A stretch of 39,587 nt of DNA from Oscillospiraceae bacterium (GTDB taxonomy: Bacteria; Bacillota; Clostridia; Oscillospirales; Ruminococcaceae). The stretch covers positions 1 through 39,587 of the forward strand of contig JAQXNQ010000167.1 of assembly GCA_029098085.1 (NCBI GenBank), read 5' to 3'. The notes below the pieces were generated by a model. It was not told the DNA's origin and did no database searches. It saw only the letters and a list, made by a program, of their open reading frames with translations. This document shows positions 9,751 through 18,049 of this stretch, one piece after another (the first letter of the stretch is position 1; every line of letters starts with the position of its first letter). Position numbers and translations under genes: made by a program.

Positions 9751-11121
9751 ATGATCACTTCAAAGAGATTTGCGCTTCTGGCAGCCGCGATCTTTTGTCT
9801 GGGGCTGACCGCCTGCGGCGGTTCGGGCGGTTCAAGCAGTTCAAGTAATCCGGTCAGCTCGAGCAATCCGGTCAGTCCGGTCAGCTCGAACAGCGCGGTG
9901 GGTGATGACTGGCGCAAAAGCGGCGTGGTCGTCGGCAGCGGCACCATTGCCCATACGGGCGAAAACAGCGTGTATGTGCTGGCCTCGGTGGACGCAAACA
10001 GCGTGGCTTTTTACCGGGACGAACCGGAGCAGATTCTGGTTGACAGAGTTCCCTTTCCGGCGGCGGTCCCCGACGCGCAGGAGTCCTTCAGGGACATCTC
10101 CTTTGACGACGTGAACAGGGACGGGGAAACGGACGTGAGCCTCAGCTTTGTTTCCGCTTCAGGTGAAGCCATCTCGCTGGTCTGGACCTGGGACTCGAAA
10201 AAGGGCTATGTCTACCGGGAGGATTTGTCCAGTCTCCCGTCCCGGACCGTCGACATCAGCGCATACGTCGGTCTGTGGGAGTATGTGGACGAAAATATCT
10301 GGCTCAGGATAAACAAGGACGGGACATGTGAGTTCCTCAACGACCAGGAGGATGTCATCGAGTCCGGCAAGGTGCTGGGGACCTCGACCGGCGTCAAGCT
10401 CCGCTTCGATGGTTCCGGCACAGAGATGCAGCTTGACCGTTCGTCGAGCGGTGACCTCCTTGACGGCGAAAATGGCGGAGTACTCATTCCCTCGGAACGG
10501 ATCGAGTCCCGCGTGCCCTATTTTGACCGCAATGGCTTCAAGTTCAACGCCTCGGTGGATACGGGTGCCTATCTGCTGAAGGGCGGAGCTTTCAGCTATT
10601 ACAACCTTGGCAAGAACTATACCATCGGAGATTGCTATTGGGAGGTCATCAAAAACTATGACTACACCCATGACGGCATGCGGGAGATTCAGTTCGACGC
10701 CATTTGCTATGTTCCGTCCTCCTCTCTGGGCACCTTCAATCAGGAGTTCATAATCGGTATGCACCAGACGATGTATGATTACTATACCGGCCTGTGGTTC
10801 AATACCGATGACGACCATACCGAGAAAAACCATACGGACCGCATCGACAATCATTATGTCAAAACCCTGGAATGGGCCGGACACAGCTACGAGATCGAGT
10901 ATTCCTTCTCGACGGAAGCCGAATTCTTTGTGGCGGACTGGTATCTGGTTTACACCGCGAGCTATCTGGTCTGTATGCCCGAAGAATATGACGGCCTCAT
11001 CCTGGTCGCGAAGCCGGTGGCCAGGACCTATAAGGAACATATGCAGTGGAGCGATCCCACGCTCGACTACTACCTTGAGGAATCAGACAAGGCAGATCTG
11101 TTTTTCCGCATTTGTGACTGA
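9751..11121 (+). CDS. Lipoprotein, same local family (N-terminal DGETD motif domain, YVGLWEY..NKDGTCEF module, unique C-terminal domain)
   Basis: ATG lies 4-5 nt after AGGAGA. Lipobox is LTAC, followed by an S/G/P/N-rich linker (SSSSSNPVSSSNPVSPVSS). The domain shared with the 7443 gene is described there. Stop is TGA. Confidence 0.8.
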   Translation: MITSKRFALLAAAIFCLGLTACGGSGGSSSSSNPVSSSNPVSPVSSNSAVGDDWRKSGVVVGSGTIAHTGENSVYVLASVDANSVAFYRDEPEQILVDRVPFPAAVPDAQESFRDISFDDVNRDGETDVSLSFVSASGEAISLVWTWDSKKGYVYREDLSSLPSRTVDISAYVGLWEYVDENIWLRINKDGTCEFLNDQEDVIESGKVLGTSTGVKLRFDGSGTEMQLDRSSSGDLLDGENGGVLIPSERIESRVPYFDRNGFKFNASVDTGAYLLKGGAFSYYNLGKNYTIGDCYWEVIKNYDYTHDGMREIQFDAICYVPSSSLGTFNQEFIIGMHQTMYDYYTGLWFNTDDDHTEKNHTDRIDNHYVKTLEWAGHSYEIEYSFSTEAEFFVADWYLVYTASYLVCMPEEYDGLILVAKPVARTYKEHMQWSDPTLDYYLEESDKADLFFRICD

Positions 11122-11208
11122 GTCGGATGACAGAGGCTCCGGCAGTCCGGCATATGGGGAGATCCCCGAAGCCGTCAGCTCATGAAATTCAGGAAAGGAG
11201 AAAACGAT

Positions 11209-11757
11209 ATGATTGTTATGGTTCTGATTGCTCTTGTTGTCCTGCTACTGATCTGGGGCATCGCCACCTACAACCGGTTGGTCACCGAGCGGTTAAAGGT
11301 ACATACCCAATGGAGCCAGATCGATGTGGTGCTCAAGCAGCGGTTTGATCTGATCCCCAATCTGGTGGAAACGGTCAAGGGCTATGCCGCCCACGAAAAA
11401 GAGGCGCTGCAGGCGGTTACCGACGCCCGAAGCCGCTATCTCGGTGCAGCAGATACCGAGGGGCAGATGCAGGCCAGCACCGAGCTGTCCGGCGCTATGA
11501 GCCGCCTCATGGCGGTGGCGGAGTCCTACCCTGAGCTGAAAGCGAATCAGAATTTCCTGCATCTGCAGCAGCAGCTTTCCGCGATGGAGGAAAAGCTGGC
11601 GAATTACCGCCAGTTCTACAATGACACGGTCCTGCGTTATGACAGACTGCTGGAAACGGTTCCCACCAACCTGATAGCGAAGATGTTCCATTTCCGGAAA
11701 GAGGAATTCTTCAAGGTGGAGGAAGCTGAGAAGGCTAAGGTCAGCGTCAGGTTCTGA
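11209..11757 (+). CDS. lemA: LemA family membrane protein
   Basis: ATG 11209 lies 8 nt after AAAGGAG (ATG 11182 is in frame as an alternative). It has an N-terminal TM helix. LemA-type motifs are YNRLV..R..V...WSQIDVVLKQRFDLIPNLVETVKGYAAHE ... ESYPELKANQNFLHLQQQL...E.KLA..RQFYND.V..Y. Confidence 0.85.
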   Translation: MIVMVLIALVVLLLIWGIATYNRLVTERLKVHTQWSQIDVVLKQRFDLIPNLVETVKGYAAHEKEALQAVTDARSRYLGAADTEGQMQASTELSGAMSRLMAVAESYPELKANQNFLHLQQQLSAMEEKLANYRQFYNDTVLRYDRLLETVPTNLIAKMFHFRKEEFFKVEEAEKAKVSVRF

Positions 11758-11769
11758 CAGAAATTTTCC

Positions 11770-13917
11770 ATGAAAGGAAGTTATGCTGTGAAGCATTCTT
11801 TACGCAGGATACTGTGCCTTTCTCTTTTCCTTGTTATGCTGGTCGTCTCCCTGCTTCCGCTGACCGCCGGGGCAGAGGATTACAGCGCGGAACTGAACTC
11901 TTTGGACTTTAATATCACGCTGCTGGAGGACGGAAGCGCATACATCCTCGAAACCAGAGAGGTCGTGTTCAGCGGTGATCATGAGTTTACCCGTCTGGGG
12001 GCAGGCCGTGCGTATACCGGTCCCCGGATGTGCACGGACTGGGAGGTCTTTATTGACGGGGTGTCCGTGCCGCAGCTTGACGCACCGGATCATGACAACC
12101 GCCCCGAGAACACCTTTGCGGTGGAGACGGGGGACGGAAAGAATACCGTCTATGTCTATTTCCGGCAGCAGGGCAGCGGCACCCGCGTCTTCCAGATCGG
12201 CTACAGGGTGGAAAACGCCGTGAAGCTCTATTCCGATGTGGGCGAATTCTCCTGGAATCTGACCGGAGACAGCGCCATTTCCGACATTGGCACCCTCACC
12301 GCCACGCTGACAGTGCCTGAGGGCATCCCGGCAGAAGATTTCTTCATCTGGGCACACGGGCCGCTCAATGGCAATTTTGACAAGGACTCTGACAACAGCG
12401 CGCTCCTGCGCGTGGAAAACGTCCCGTTGGGAACGATCGTTGATATCCGCACCGCCATGCCCGCGTATTACTTCTACGGCGGATGGGAGCAGGAGGGCGA
12501 GGCGCTTCCCAATATTCTGGCGGAGGAACAGGCGCTGAGCGACAGCGCGAACGCCAAGCGTGAGGAAGAGCAGCGTTGGCAAGCCGCGGCGGAGGCATCC
12601 CGGAACGCGCGGGATGCATGGCGGGAAAAGCATCCCATTCTGTCTGAAATCGAGTGGACCTGCTATGAAATTCGGGACGACGTTCAATATTTCCTGGAGG
12701 ATCATGGCATCACTCTGCTGCTCATCTTTTTCCTGGGCATTCCGGTCCTTCTTATATTCACCCTGGGAAAAATCGTGAGCATTGTGCGTGGGATCAATAC
12801 GAAAAGATTCAGGAGTCACCCCACCCAGTCCCCCCAGTATTACCGGGATCTGCCGGATGACTGCCCTGCTCCTGTTGTAGATAAGCTGATTCATTTCTAC
12901 GACAGCAAGTTCAGCACCTCCCGGCAGCTCTCCGCAGCGCTGCTGGAGCTGAATCTGAAAAAGCTGATCCAGTTCCGGACGACGGAAGGGGAGGCGGAGC
13001 TTCTGCTGAATGAGCAACTGGGCGAGGAGATGTTCCCGTCCGATGCGCCGCAGGAGGCTGCAGAGCCGGCCGGAGACCAGGAGCATACGACGGGCCATCA
13101 GGAGCTTTTGTGGAATTTCCTGCGGAAGGCAGCCGACGGAAGAGGGAGAATTTCCATAAAGGCCCTCCAGAGCTATATCAAGGACAATCGGGATACATCT
13201 GTGGATTTCCGCCACAGCTTCTGGGAGGCGGTGGACGGCGAATTCAAGGAATCGGTCAAAACAGTGGAACGGGGCATGAATCCCCACAAGGCGAGCAAGC
13301 TTCATCTGATCTTTCCCACGGCAGTGGGGATTGTTGCGATGCTGATCTGTATGTTCAGTACGCTGTATGACGGCATCCAGTATGTCTTTTCCATTCTGGT
13401 GGGCCTGGCCGCCTTTGCGGTGGTGGAGGTCATAGTGTGCTTGATCAGCTTTGTGGTCAACATCGTGATAAAAGGGAGCACCTGCCAGCTGCTGGATCAG
13501 CAGGCGGAGGACGCCCTGGCCCTCTGGGAAGCCTTCGGACGATTCCTGGATGATTTTACCACCTTTGAGGATAAGGAGCTTCCGGAATTCTCCGTATGGC
13601 GTGAGTATATGGTCTACGCCGTTGCGATGGGCAAGGGCCAGAAGGTAGCTCAGGCGCTGGCCCTGAAGTATCCGGAAGCCGTCTCCACGGACACAACCAA
13701 TACCATGGATGACGATATGTACCGCTGGCTGCAGGATATGAGCCTCTATGACGCGATGGATTCCATCAGCCGGGAGGTTGAGGAAGTCAGGATGCCCGTT
13801 TCTTCCGGCAGCAGCAGCGACAACGACAACTGGAGCGACGGCGGAGGCGGCGGAGGCGGCTTCTCCGATTCCGGCGGCGGCAGCGACAGCGGAAGCACCG
13901 GCGACTTCATCGATTAA
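11770..13917 (+). CDS. DUF2207-like membrane protein (usual LemA neighbour)
   Basis: It starts 13 nt after the lemA stop. GTG 11788, 7 nt after AAAGGAAG, is an alternative start. The product has a signal peptide, a large extracytoplasmic domain, several TM helices in the C-terminal half and a Gly/Ser/Asp tail (GGGGGGGFSDSGGGSDSGS). That organisation fits DUF2207 from memory. Stop is TAA. Confidence 0.7.
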   Translation: MKGSYAVKHSLRRILCLSLFLVMLVVSLLPLTAGAEDYSAELNSLDFNITLLEDGSAYILETREVVFSGDHEFTRLGAGRAYTGPRMCTDWEVFIDGVSVPQLDAPDHDNRPENTFAVETGDGKNTVYVYFRQQGSGTRVFQIGYRVENAVKLYSDVGEFSWNLTGDSAISDIGTLTATLTVPEGIPAEDFFIWAHGPLNGNFDKDSDNSALLRVENVPLGTIVDIRTAMPAYYFYGGWEQEGEALPNILAEEQALSDSANAKREEEQRWQAAAEASRNARDAWREKHPILSEIEWTCYEIRDDVQYFLEDHGITLLLIFFLGIPVLLIFTLGKIVSIVRGINTKRFRSHPTQSPQYYRDLPDDCPAPVVDKLIHFYDSKFSTSRQLSAALLELNLKKLIQFRTTEGEAELLLNEQLGEEMFPSDAPQEAAEPAGDQEHTTGHQELLWNFLRKAADGRGRISIKALQSYIKDNRDTSVDFRHSFWEAVDGEFKESVKTVERGMNPHKASKLHLIFPTAVGIVAMLICMFSTLYDGIQYVFSILVGLAAFAVVEVIVCLISFVVNIVIKGSTCQLLDQQAEDALALWEAFGRFLDDFTTFEDKELPEFSVWREYMVYAVAMGKGQKVAQALALKYPEAVSTDTTNTMDDDMYRWLQDMSLYDAMDSISREVEEVRMPVSSGSSSDNDNWSDGGGGGGGFSDSGGGSDSGSTGDFID

Positions 13918-13969
13918 AAGAAAGCAAAGCATCTCGATCAATCAACAAAGACAATTGGAGGAAAACAAA

Positions 13970-14311
13970 ATGAAAAAAAGAAATATTGCACTCTGCGTCA
14001 TTCTCACCATCGTCACCCTCGGCATCTATGGACTCTATTGGTTCGTACAGATCACCAACGATGTCAATAAGCTGGCCAATCCCGAAAAGAAAACGTCCGG
14101 CGGCGCGGCGCTTCTGCTGACGATCATTACCTGCAACATCTACGGATTCTACTGGGCCTATAAGATGGGCGGACTGCTGGACAAGGCGCAGACAGACAGA
14201 GGCCTGCCGGCACAGAACCGCGCCGTTGTGTATCTGATTCTGGAGCTGGTCATCGCTCCCGTGGCCTGGATCCTGATGCAGAACACGATCAACTCCATGG
14301 TTGAAGGATGA
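13970..14311 (+). CDS. DUF4234-like small membrane protein, copy 1
   Basis: ATG 13970 lies 9 nt after GGAGG. The N-terminal extension of ORF 13748.. overlaps the DUF2207 gene and is not credible. The product has two copies of a TxGIYGxYW-type motif (IVTLGIYGLYWF; IITCNIYGFYWAY). Confidence 0.75.
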   Translation: MKKRNIALCVILTIVTLGIYGLYWFVQITNDVNKLANPEKKTSGGAALLLTIITCNIYGFYWAYKMGGLLDKAQTDRGLPAQNRAVVYLILELVIAPVAWILMQNTINSMVEG

Positions 14312-14395
14312 CGGCGGAAGCGGCAGCGCCTTCCGACTTCATTGATTCAAAAAAGCGTCTCAATCAAACCACAAAGACAATTGGAGGAAACCAAA

Positions 14396-14737
14396 ATGAA
14401 AAAAAGAAATATTGCGCTCTGCGTCATTCTCACCATTGTCACCCTCGGCCTCTTCGGCCTCTATTGGTTCGTAAAGATCAACAATGACGTCAACGAGCTG
14501 GCCAATCCCGAAAAGAAAACATCCGGCGTAGCGGCGCTTCTGCTGACGATCATTACCTGCAACATCTACGGATTCTACTGGGCCTATAAGATGGGCGGAC
14601 TGCTGGACAAGGCACAGACGGACAGAGGCCTGCCGGCACAGAACCGCGCCGTTGTGTATCTGATTCTGGAGCTGGTCATCGCTCCCGTGGCCTGGATCCT
14701 GATGCAGAACACGATCAATTCCATGATTGCAGAATGA
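14396..14737 (+). CDS. DUF4234-like small membrane protein, copy 2 (tandem duplicate)
   Basis: ATG 14396 lies behind the same TTGGAGGAAA(A/C)CAAA leader as copy 1. The protein is nearly identical to copy 1 from residue 1 to about 108. The differences cluster at residues 17-35 and the last 5 residues. Confidence 0.75.
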   Translation: MKKRNIALCVILTIVTLGLFGLYWFVKINNDVNELANPEKKTSGVAALLLTIITCNIYGFYWAYKMGGLLDKAQTDRGLPAQNRAVVYLILELVIAPVAWILMQNTINSMIAE

Positions 14738-14771
14738 CAAAAGTGTCCATGATGGTTCCCGGAGGTGCAAT

Positions 14772-15938
14772 ATGAAAAAACTGAGTGCTTTTTTAACATT
14801 GGTGATGCTTGTTTGCCTGCTGGCAGCCTGCGGGAGTACACCTCCTCCCAGCGAGCCGTCCTCATCGTCTTCCAGTGAGTCCAGCTCATCGAAGGTGGTG
14901 GAATCGTCGCAGAGCACAGCAACCCAGACCGCTGTCCTTTATGCTGTTTTCAACGGCGGAGAGGTCAAAGAATACCCCGTTGCATATACCGGCGCCCAGA
15001 TAACTGCCGAGGAGCTGGCCGATGAGCTGACCGGGCTGACCGGACTGGACTTTACCATCACCGCCAGCAAGGGCACTGATGGCCTGACCGTGGACTGGGC
15101 CGCGGATTCTACACTGCTTGCGGGACTTGGCGGCCGTGAGCAGAAGACCGATTTCTTTTTCTTCGACAGTGATTCGCTGGGCTGGTTCATGATGGACAGT
15201 CTCTGGAAAACTCTGACCGAGAATCTCGGTGTCGAAGATATCTATTACACCATGGACGGCGGCCAGGAGCTGGTCGTCGGGACAATGTCTCCTCCTCTCA
15301 ACGAATTCCCCTCTGATACCCCCTATATGGGATCGGAATTCTACGAAGCCCACAGCGACGGACAGGGCGATATGAGCGATGTGGGAGATATTTATCTCCG
15401 CACCGAAGGCCTGTGGAGAATGGACGGAGAGGCAGATGCTGCCAGCATCGAAATGGACGGTATCGGCGGATTTACCATGTATTATGCCAGCGGAGCGGTG
15501 GAAGCTGCCGGCTATCTTGAATGTGTCGATGAATATGGCGACGGCAGCTATCGCTATGATTGCTATACCATGGACGGTACGCTGATCACCAGCTTCTACT
15601 TCGATTCGGAGACCCAGATTCATCTCGGAAACGACGAAACGGTTTACCGGCTGGACGAGGGAACATTCATGCAGAGGGCCTGCCTGGGCTTCTGGCAGTA
15701 CCCCGAAGGAATGATTCTTGAGCTCGGCGCCGAGAGATGGACTCTCTATGCCGATGACGGCGTGACGGTGCTTTCTGACGGACCGGTAAGATATGAAGAG
15801 GAAGCTGTCTACCTGATGAACGATGATGGTTCCTCCGGCGGCGGCAGGGCCAGCTTTGATGACGACGGCAACCTGGTTGAAAGCGGCTGCATTCTGACCT
15901 ATCTCGGACGGGATTACAGTGATGTCCCGAAGGGATGA
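14772..15938 (+). CDS. Lipoprotein, distant member of the local family
   Basis: ATG 14772 lies 6 nt after GGAGG. Lipobox is LAAC, followed by a poly-Ser linker. Family-type modules are TEGLWRMDGE..MDGIGGFTMYY..AAGYLECV and CLGFWQYPEG..GAERWTLY..DGPVRY. Stop is TGA. Confidence 0.8.
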   Translation: MKKLSAFLTLVMLVCLLAACGSTPPPSEPSSSSSSESSSSKVVESSQSTATQTAVLYAVFNGGEVKEYPVAYTGAQITAEELADELTGLTGLDFTITASKGTDGLTVDWAADSTLLAGLGGREQKTDFFFFDSDSLGWFMMDSLWKTLTENLGVEDIYYTMDGGQELVVGTMSPPLNEFPSDTPYMGSEFYEAHSDGQGDMSDVGDIYLRTEGLWRMDGEADAASIEMDGIGGFTMYYASGAVEAAGYLECVDEYGDGSYRYDCYTMDGTLITSFYFDSETQIHLGNDETVYRLDEGTFMQRACLGFWQYPEGMILELGAERWTLYADDGVTVLSDGPVRYEEEAVYLMNDDGSSGGGRASFDDDGNLVESGCILTYLGRDYSDVPKG

Positions 15939-16005
15939 TGATCCTGCTCCGGACATAGGCAAGGCCCTTGTCTGAACGACGACGGTGTGCCGACACTGAC
16001 GTATC

Positions 16006-16054
16006 CCACAGGTTATGCTTTTTCGTCCATTGCGGAAAAGCATAACCTGTGGGG
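16006..16054. repeat. Hairpin of about 21 bp (inverted repeat); possible operon-end terminator lacking a U-tract
   Basis: CCCACAGGTTATGCTTTTTCG - TCCATTG - CGGAAAAGCATAACCTGTGGG, with one T:G position. An outer 6-bp pairing, TGCCGA (about 15989) with TCGGCA (about 16062), may extend it. Confidence 0.6.
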
Positions 16055-16189
16055 CATATCGGCAAAATACGCAGGAGCTTCTCAGCCTCGCTGACCTCCA
16101 TGGGCAATCTGATTGACATCCTGCGGGATTTCTGCGGGGGAATATAACCCTTGTGCGGGACAGATTGAAAAAGAAAGGAAGAATCTGTT

Positions 16190-16723
16190 ATGGCTCCGGT
16201 AATTATAATTCTGATCGTAGTCCTGATCATTGTCTTCTGGTGCATCAGAACAGTCAATGGCTTCAAAAAGAAGGAAATTCGCGTGGGAGAGGGACTTTCC
16301 GGCGTGGAGGTGGCGCTGACCAAGCGCTATGATATGCTCACCAAAATGCTGGACACCGCCAAAGGCTACATGGCGCATGAAAGCGAGCTCTTTGAAAAGG
16401 TCATCGAGCTGCGCCGCGGTATGAGCATTGCGGAGATGAACGAGGCCCAGCAGCAGATGGACTCCCTGAGCGGCAAGCTCTTTGCTGTGGCGGAGGGCTA
16501 TCCGGAGCTGCGCTCCAGTGAGGTTTTTGTGGAGCTCCAGCGCGGTATCCGCGATGCGGAGGAGCATTTGTAGGCGGCACGGCGGCTGTATAACAGCAGC
16601 GTCACCGCTTACAACACGGCGATTGCCATGTTCCCGGCCAGTCTGCTGGCAGGCTCGCGTCAGCCGAAGGAATTCTTCGCTGCGGACGCAGGCAAGCGCG
16701 AAGATGTAAAAATGACGTTCTGA
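16190..16723 (+). pseudogene. lemA: LemA family gene interrupted by a single in-frame TAG (16571-16573); otherwise intact
   Basis: ORF 16190-16573 encodes the LemA N-terminal TM helix and core (KRYDMLTKMLDTAKGYMAHE...EGYPELRSSEVFVELQR). The same frame continues after the TAG as AARRLYNSSVTAYNTAIAMFPASLLAG...EFF to the TGA at 16721-16723. This aligns residue for residue with the intact paralog (EEKLANYRQFYND versus EEHL*AARRLYNS). Confidence 0.8.
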
Positions 16724-16740
16724 GAAGGGAGACAACGATC

Positions 16741-17670
16741 ATGGAAGAAAAGCAGACGACGACCGCGGCAGAACAGCAGGCGACCGCAGAACAGCAGCCG
16801 ATGACGAAAGAGCAGTTGGAGGCCGCGATCAATTCCGCCCGCGCCAAGGAAACGTTTGCCAATGTTCTGATCATCGGCGCCGGTGCGGCGATGATCCTGA
16901 TGTTCTACCTGAAAAAGATTCCTCTGGCTATTCTCTTTCTGCTGCTCCTGCTGGTGGGCGGGTATCTGTGGGGCAAGAGTGCCGGTGTGGCCAAAAAGCT
17001 CCTCAGCGAGAATGTCGTCAGCGGCGTGCTGAGGGAGGCACTGGGCGATGCGGTGGAATATAACCCGTGGGGCAAAATAAACCCTGGCAGCATGGTGTTT
17101 CCGTTCTCCTATAACAGCGCAAGCGGCAGCGACCATATCAAGGCCAACTACCATGGACTGAACATTGAACTGGGCGACATCGAGCTGATGGATGAGACAG
17201 AGGTCAGAGACGAAGACGGAAACACGTCTACGCGCAAAGATACGGTCTTTAAGGGGCAGTGGCTTATCTGCGACTTCGGCAAGGAACTGGTCGGTCAGGT
17301 GTATATCTCCGAGTGGACCAAAAAGGACCGCAGAAGTATGAAGAGCAATGTCACGATGGATAACGAGCAGTTCAGCAAGCGCTTCTGTGTCAGAGCGGAT
17401 AATCCGCAGGAAGCCTACTACATCCTCACACCGCACATGATGGAATACATTACCGCCATGGCGGACAGGAGCGGCGGCACGGTCTACATGTCTTTCCTGC
17501 GGGACGGCAAGATGCACGTTGCGGTTAAGACCGGGCGTGACTTCTTTGAGCTTGGAAATAAAAATGCCAATGTGGAAGAGCTGCACCAGAAATTTTTGGG
17601 TGAGCTGCGCTGGTTCACCGATATCGTCGACGCGCTGCGCGTGGAGGATACTCTCTATAAGAAGGAGTGA
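16741..17670 (+). CDS. Membrane protein, DUF3137-like (family assignment tentative; typical LemA neighbour)
   Basis: ATG lies 8 nt after GGGAGA and 18 nt after the LemA-frame TGA. The product has two N-terminal TM helices and then a soluble domain (..YNPWGKI...F.YNSASGSDHIKANYHGLNIELGDIEL...VFKGQWLICDF...FCVRADNPQEAYYILTPHMMEYI). Confidence 0.7.
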   Translation: MEEKQTTTAAEQQATAEQQPMTKEQLEAAINSARAKETFANVLIIGAGAAMILMFYLKKIPLAILFLLLLLVGGYLWGKSAGVAKKLLSENVVSGVLREALGDAVEYNPWGKINPGSMVFPFSYNSASGSDHIKANYHGLNIELGDIELMDETEVRDEDGNTSTRKDTVFKGQWLICDFGKELVGQVYISEWTKKDRRSMKSNVTMDNEQFSKRFCVRADNPQEAYYILTPHMMEYITAMADRSGGTVYMSFLRDGKMHVAVKTGRDFFELGNKNANVEELHQKFLGELRWFTDIVDALRVEDTLYKKE

Positions 17671-17675
17671 ACCAT

Positions 17676-17864
17676 ATGACGCTGTTGGAAGCCAGTCTGC
17701 TGCTTGTGGTCATGGTCATTGGCATCATTCTGGTCTGCAGATTTCTGCGTAAAAATCGGGCGCTGCGCATCACCTGTATTGTGGTGCTGTCGCTGATCGC
17801 GCTGGTTCTCGCCGGATATATCGGTCTGACTCTGATTTTTGTGTATGCAGTCAGTCATCATTGA
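17676..17864 (+). CDS. Small two-TM membrane protein (hypothetical)
   Basis: ATG 17676 lies about 8 nt after GGAG and near the upstream stop. The 62-aa product is strongly hydrophobic. A terminator follows. Confidence 0.45.
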   Translation: MTLLEASLLLVVMVIGIILVCRFLRKNRALRITCIVVLSLIALVLAGYIGLTLIFVYAVSHH

Positions 17865-17890
17865 ACCGCCATCTGTCAAGCGGACAGATG

Positions 17891-17937
17891 AAAAAACAAA
17901 ATGCCAGGATCTCAGAGAAGTCCTGGCTTTCTTTTAT
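17891..17937. terminator. Bidirectional rho-independent terminator between convergent gene blocks
   Basis: The stem GCCAGGA (17903-17909) / TCCTGGC (17921-17927) is preceded by AAAAAACAAAA and followed by TTTCTTTTAT, so each strand reads hairpin plus U-tract. A second hairpin, CATCTGTC/GACAGATG, sits at 17870-17890. Confidence 0.75.
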
Positions 17938-18049
17938 GCTGTATGCTGCTTTCAGCAAGCTGCGATCATCCATTGGCGCAAGGCAATTCAGCTGATGCTC
18001 GGGTATGTCCCGCCTCTCCTTTACTCCCGGCGGCACACCATCCGGTGCG

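Larger units (their letters stand above)
13880..14737 (+). repeat. Tandem duplication of about 425 bp (two units) spanning the DUF4234 gene and its leader
   Basis: Unit 2 (about 14312-14737) repeats unit 1 (about 13880-14311). This includes a relic of the DUF2207 3' end: GACTTCATCGATTAAAAG at about 13900-13917 versus GACTTCATTGATTCAAAAAAG at about 14335-14355. Confidence 0.8.

Noticed and set aside
16016-16117. A 33-codon ORF (MLFRPLRKSITCGAYRQ...) starting inside the long hairpin.
   Set aside because: It has no RBS, its start codon is buried in the stem, and it has no recognisable features. It is most likely a chance ORF in an intergenic structured region.
16571-16573. Genome-wide TAG reassignment (an alternative genetic code), prompted by the in-frame amber in LemA and the absence of TAG stops among the 30 called CDSs.
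   Set aside because: There is only one in-frame TAG in about 39 kb of coding sequence. All other genes read normally under code 11. Thirty genes are too few to infer stop-codon avoidance. A simple nonsense mutation or sequencing error is more parsimonious.
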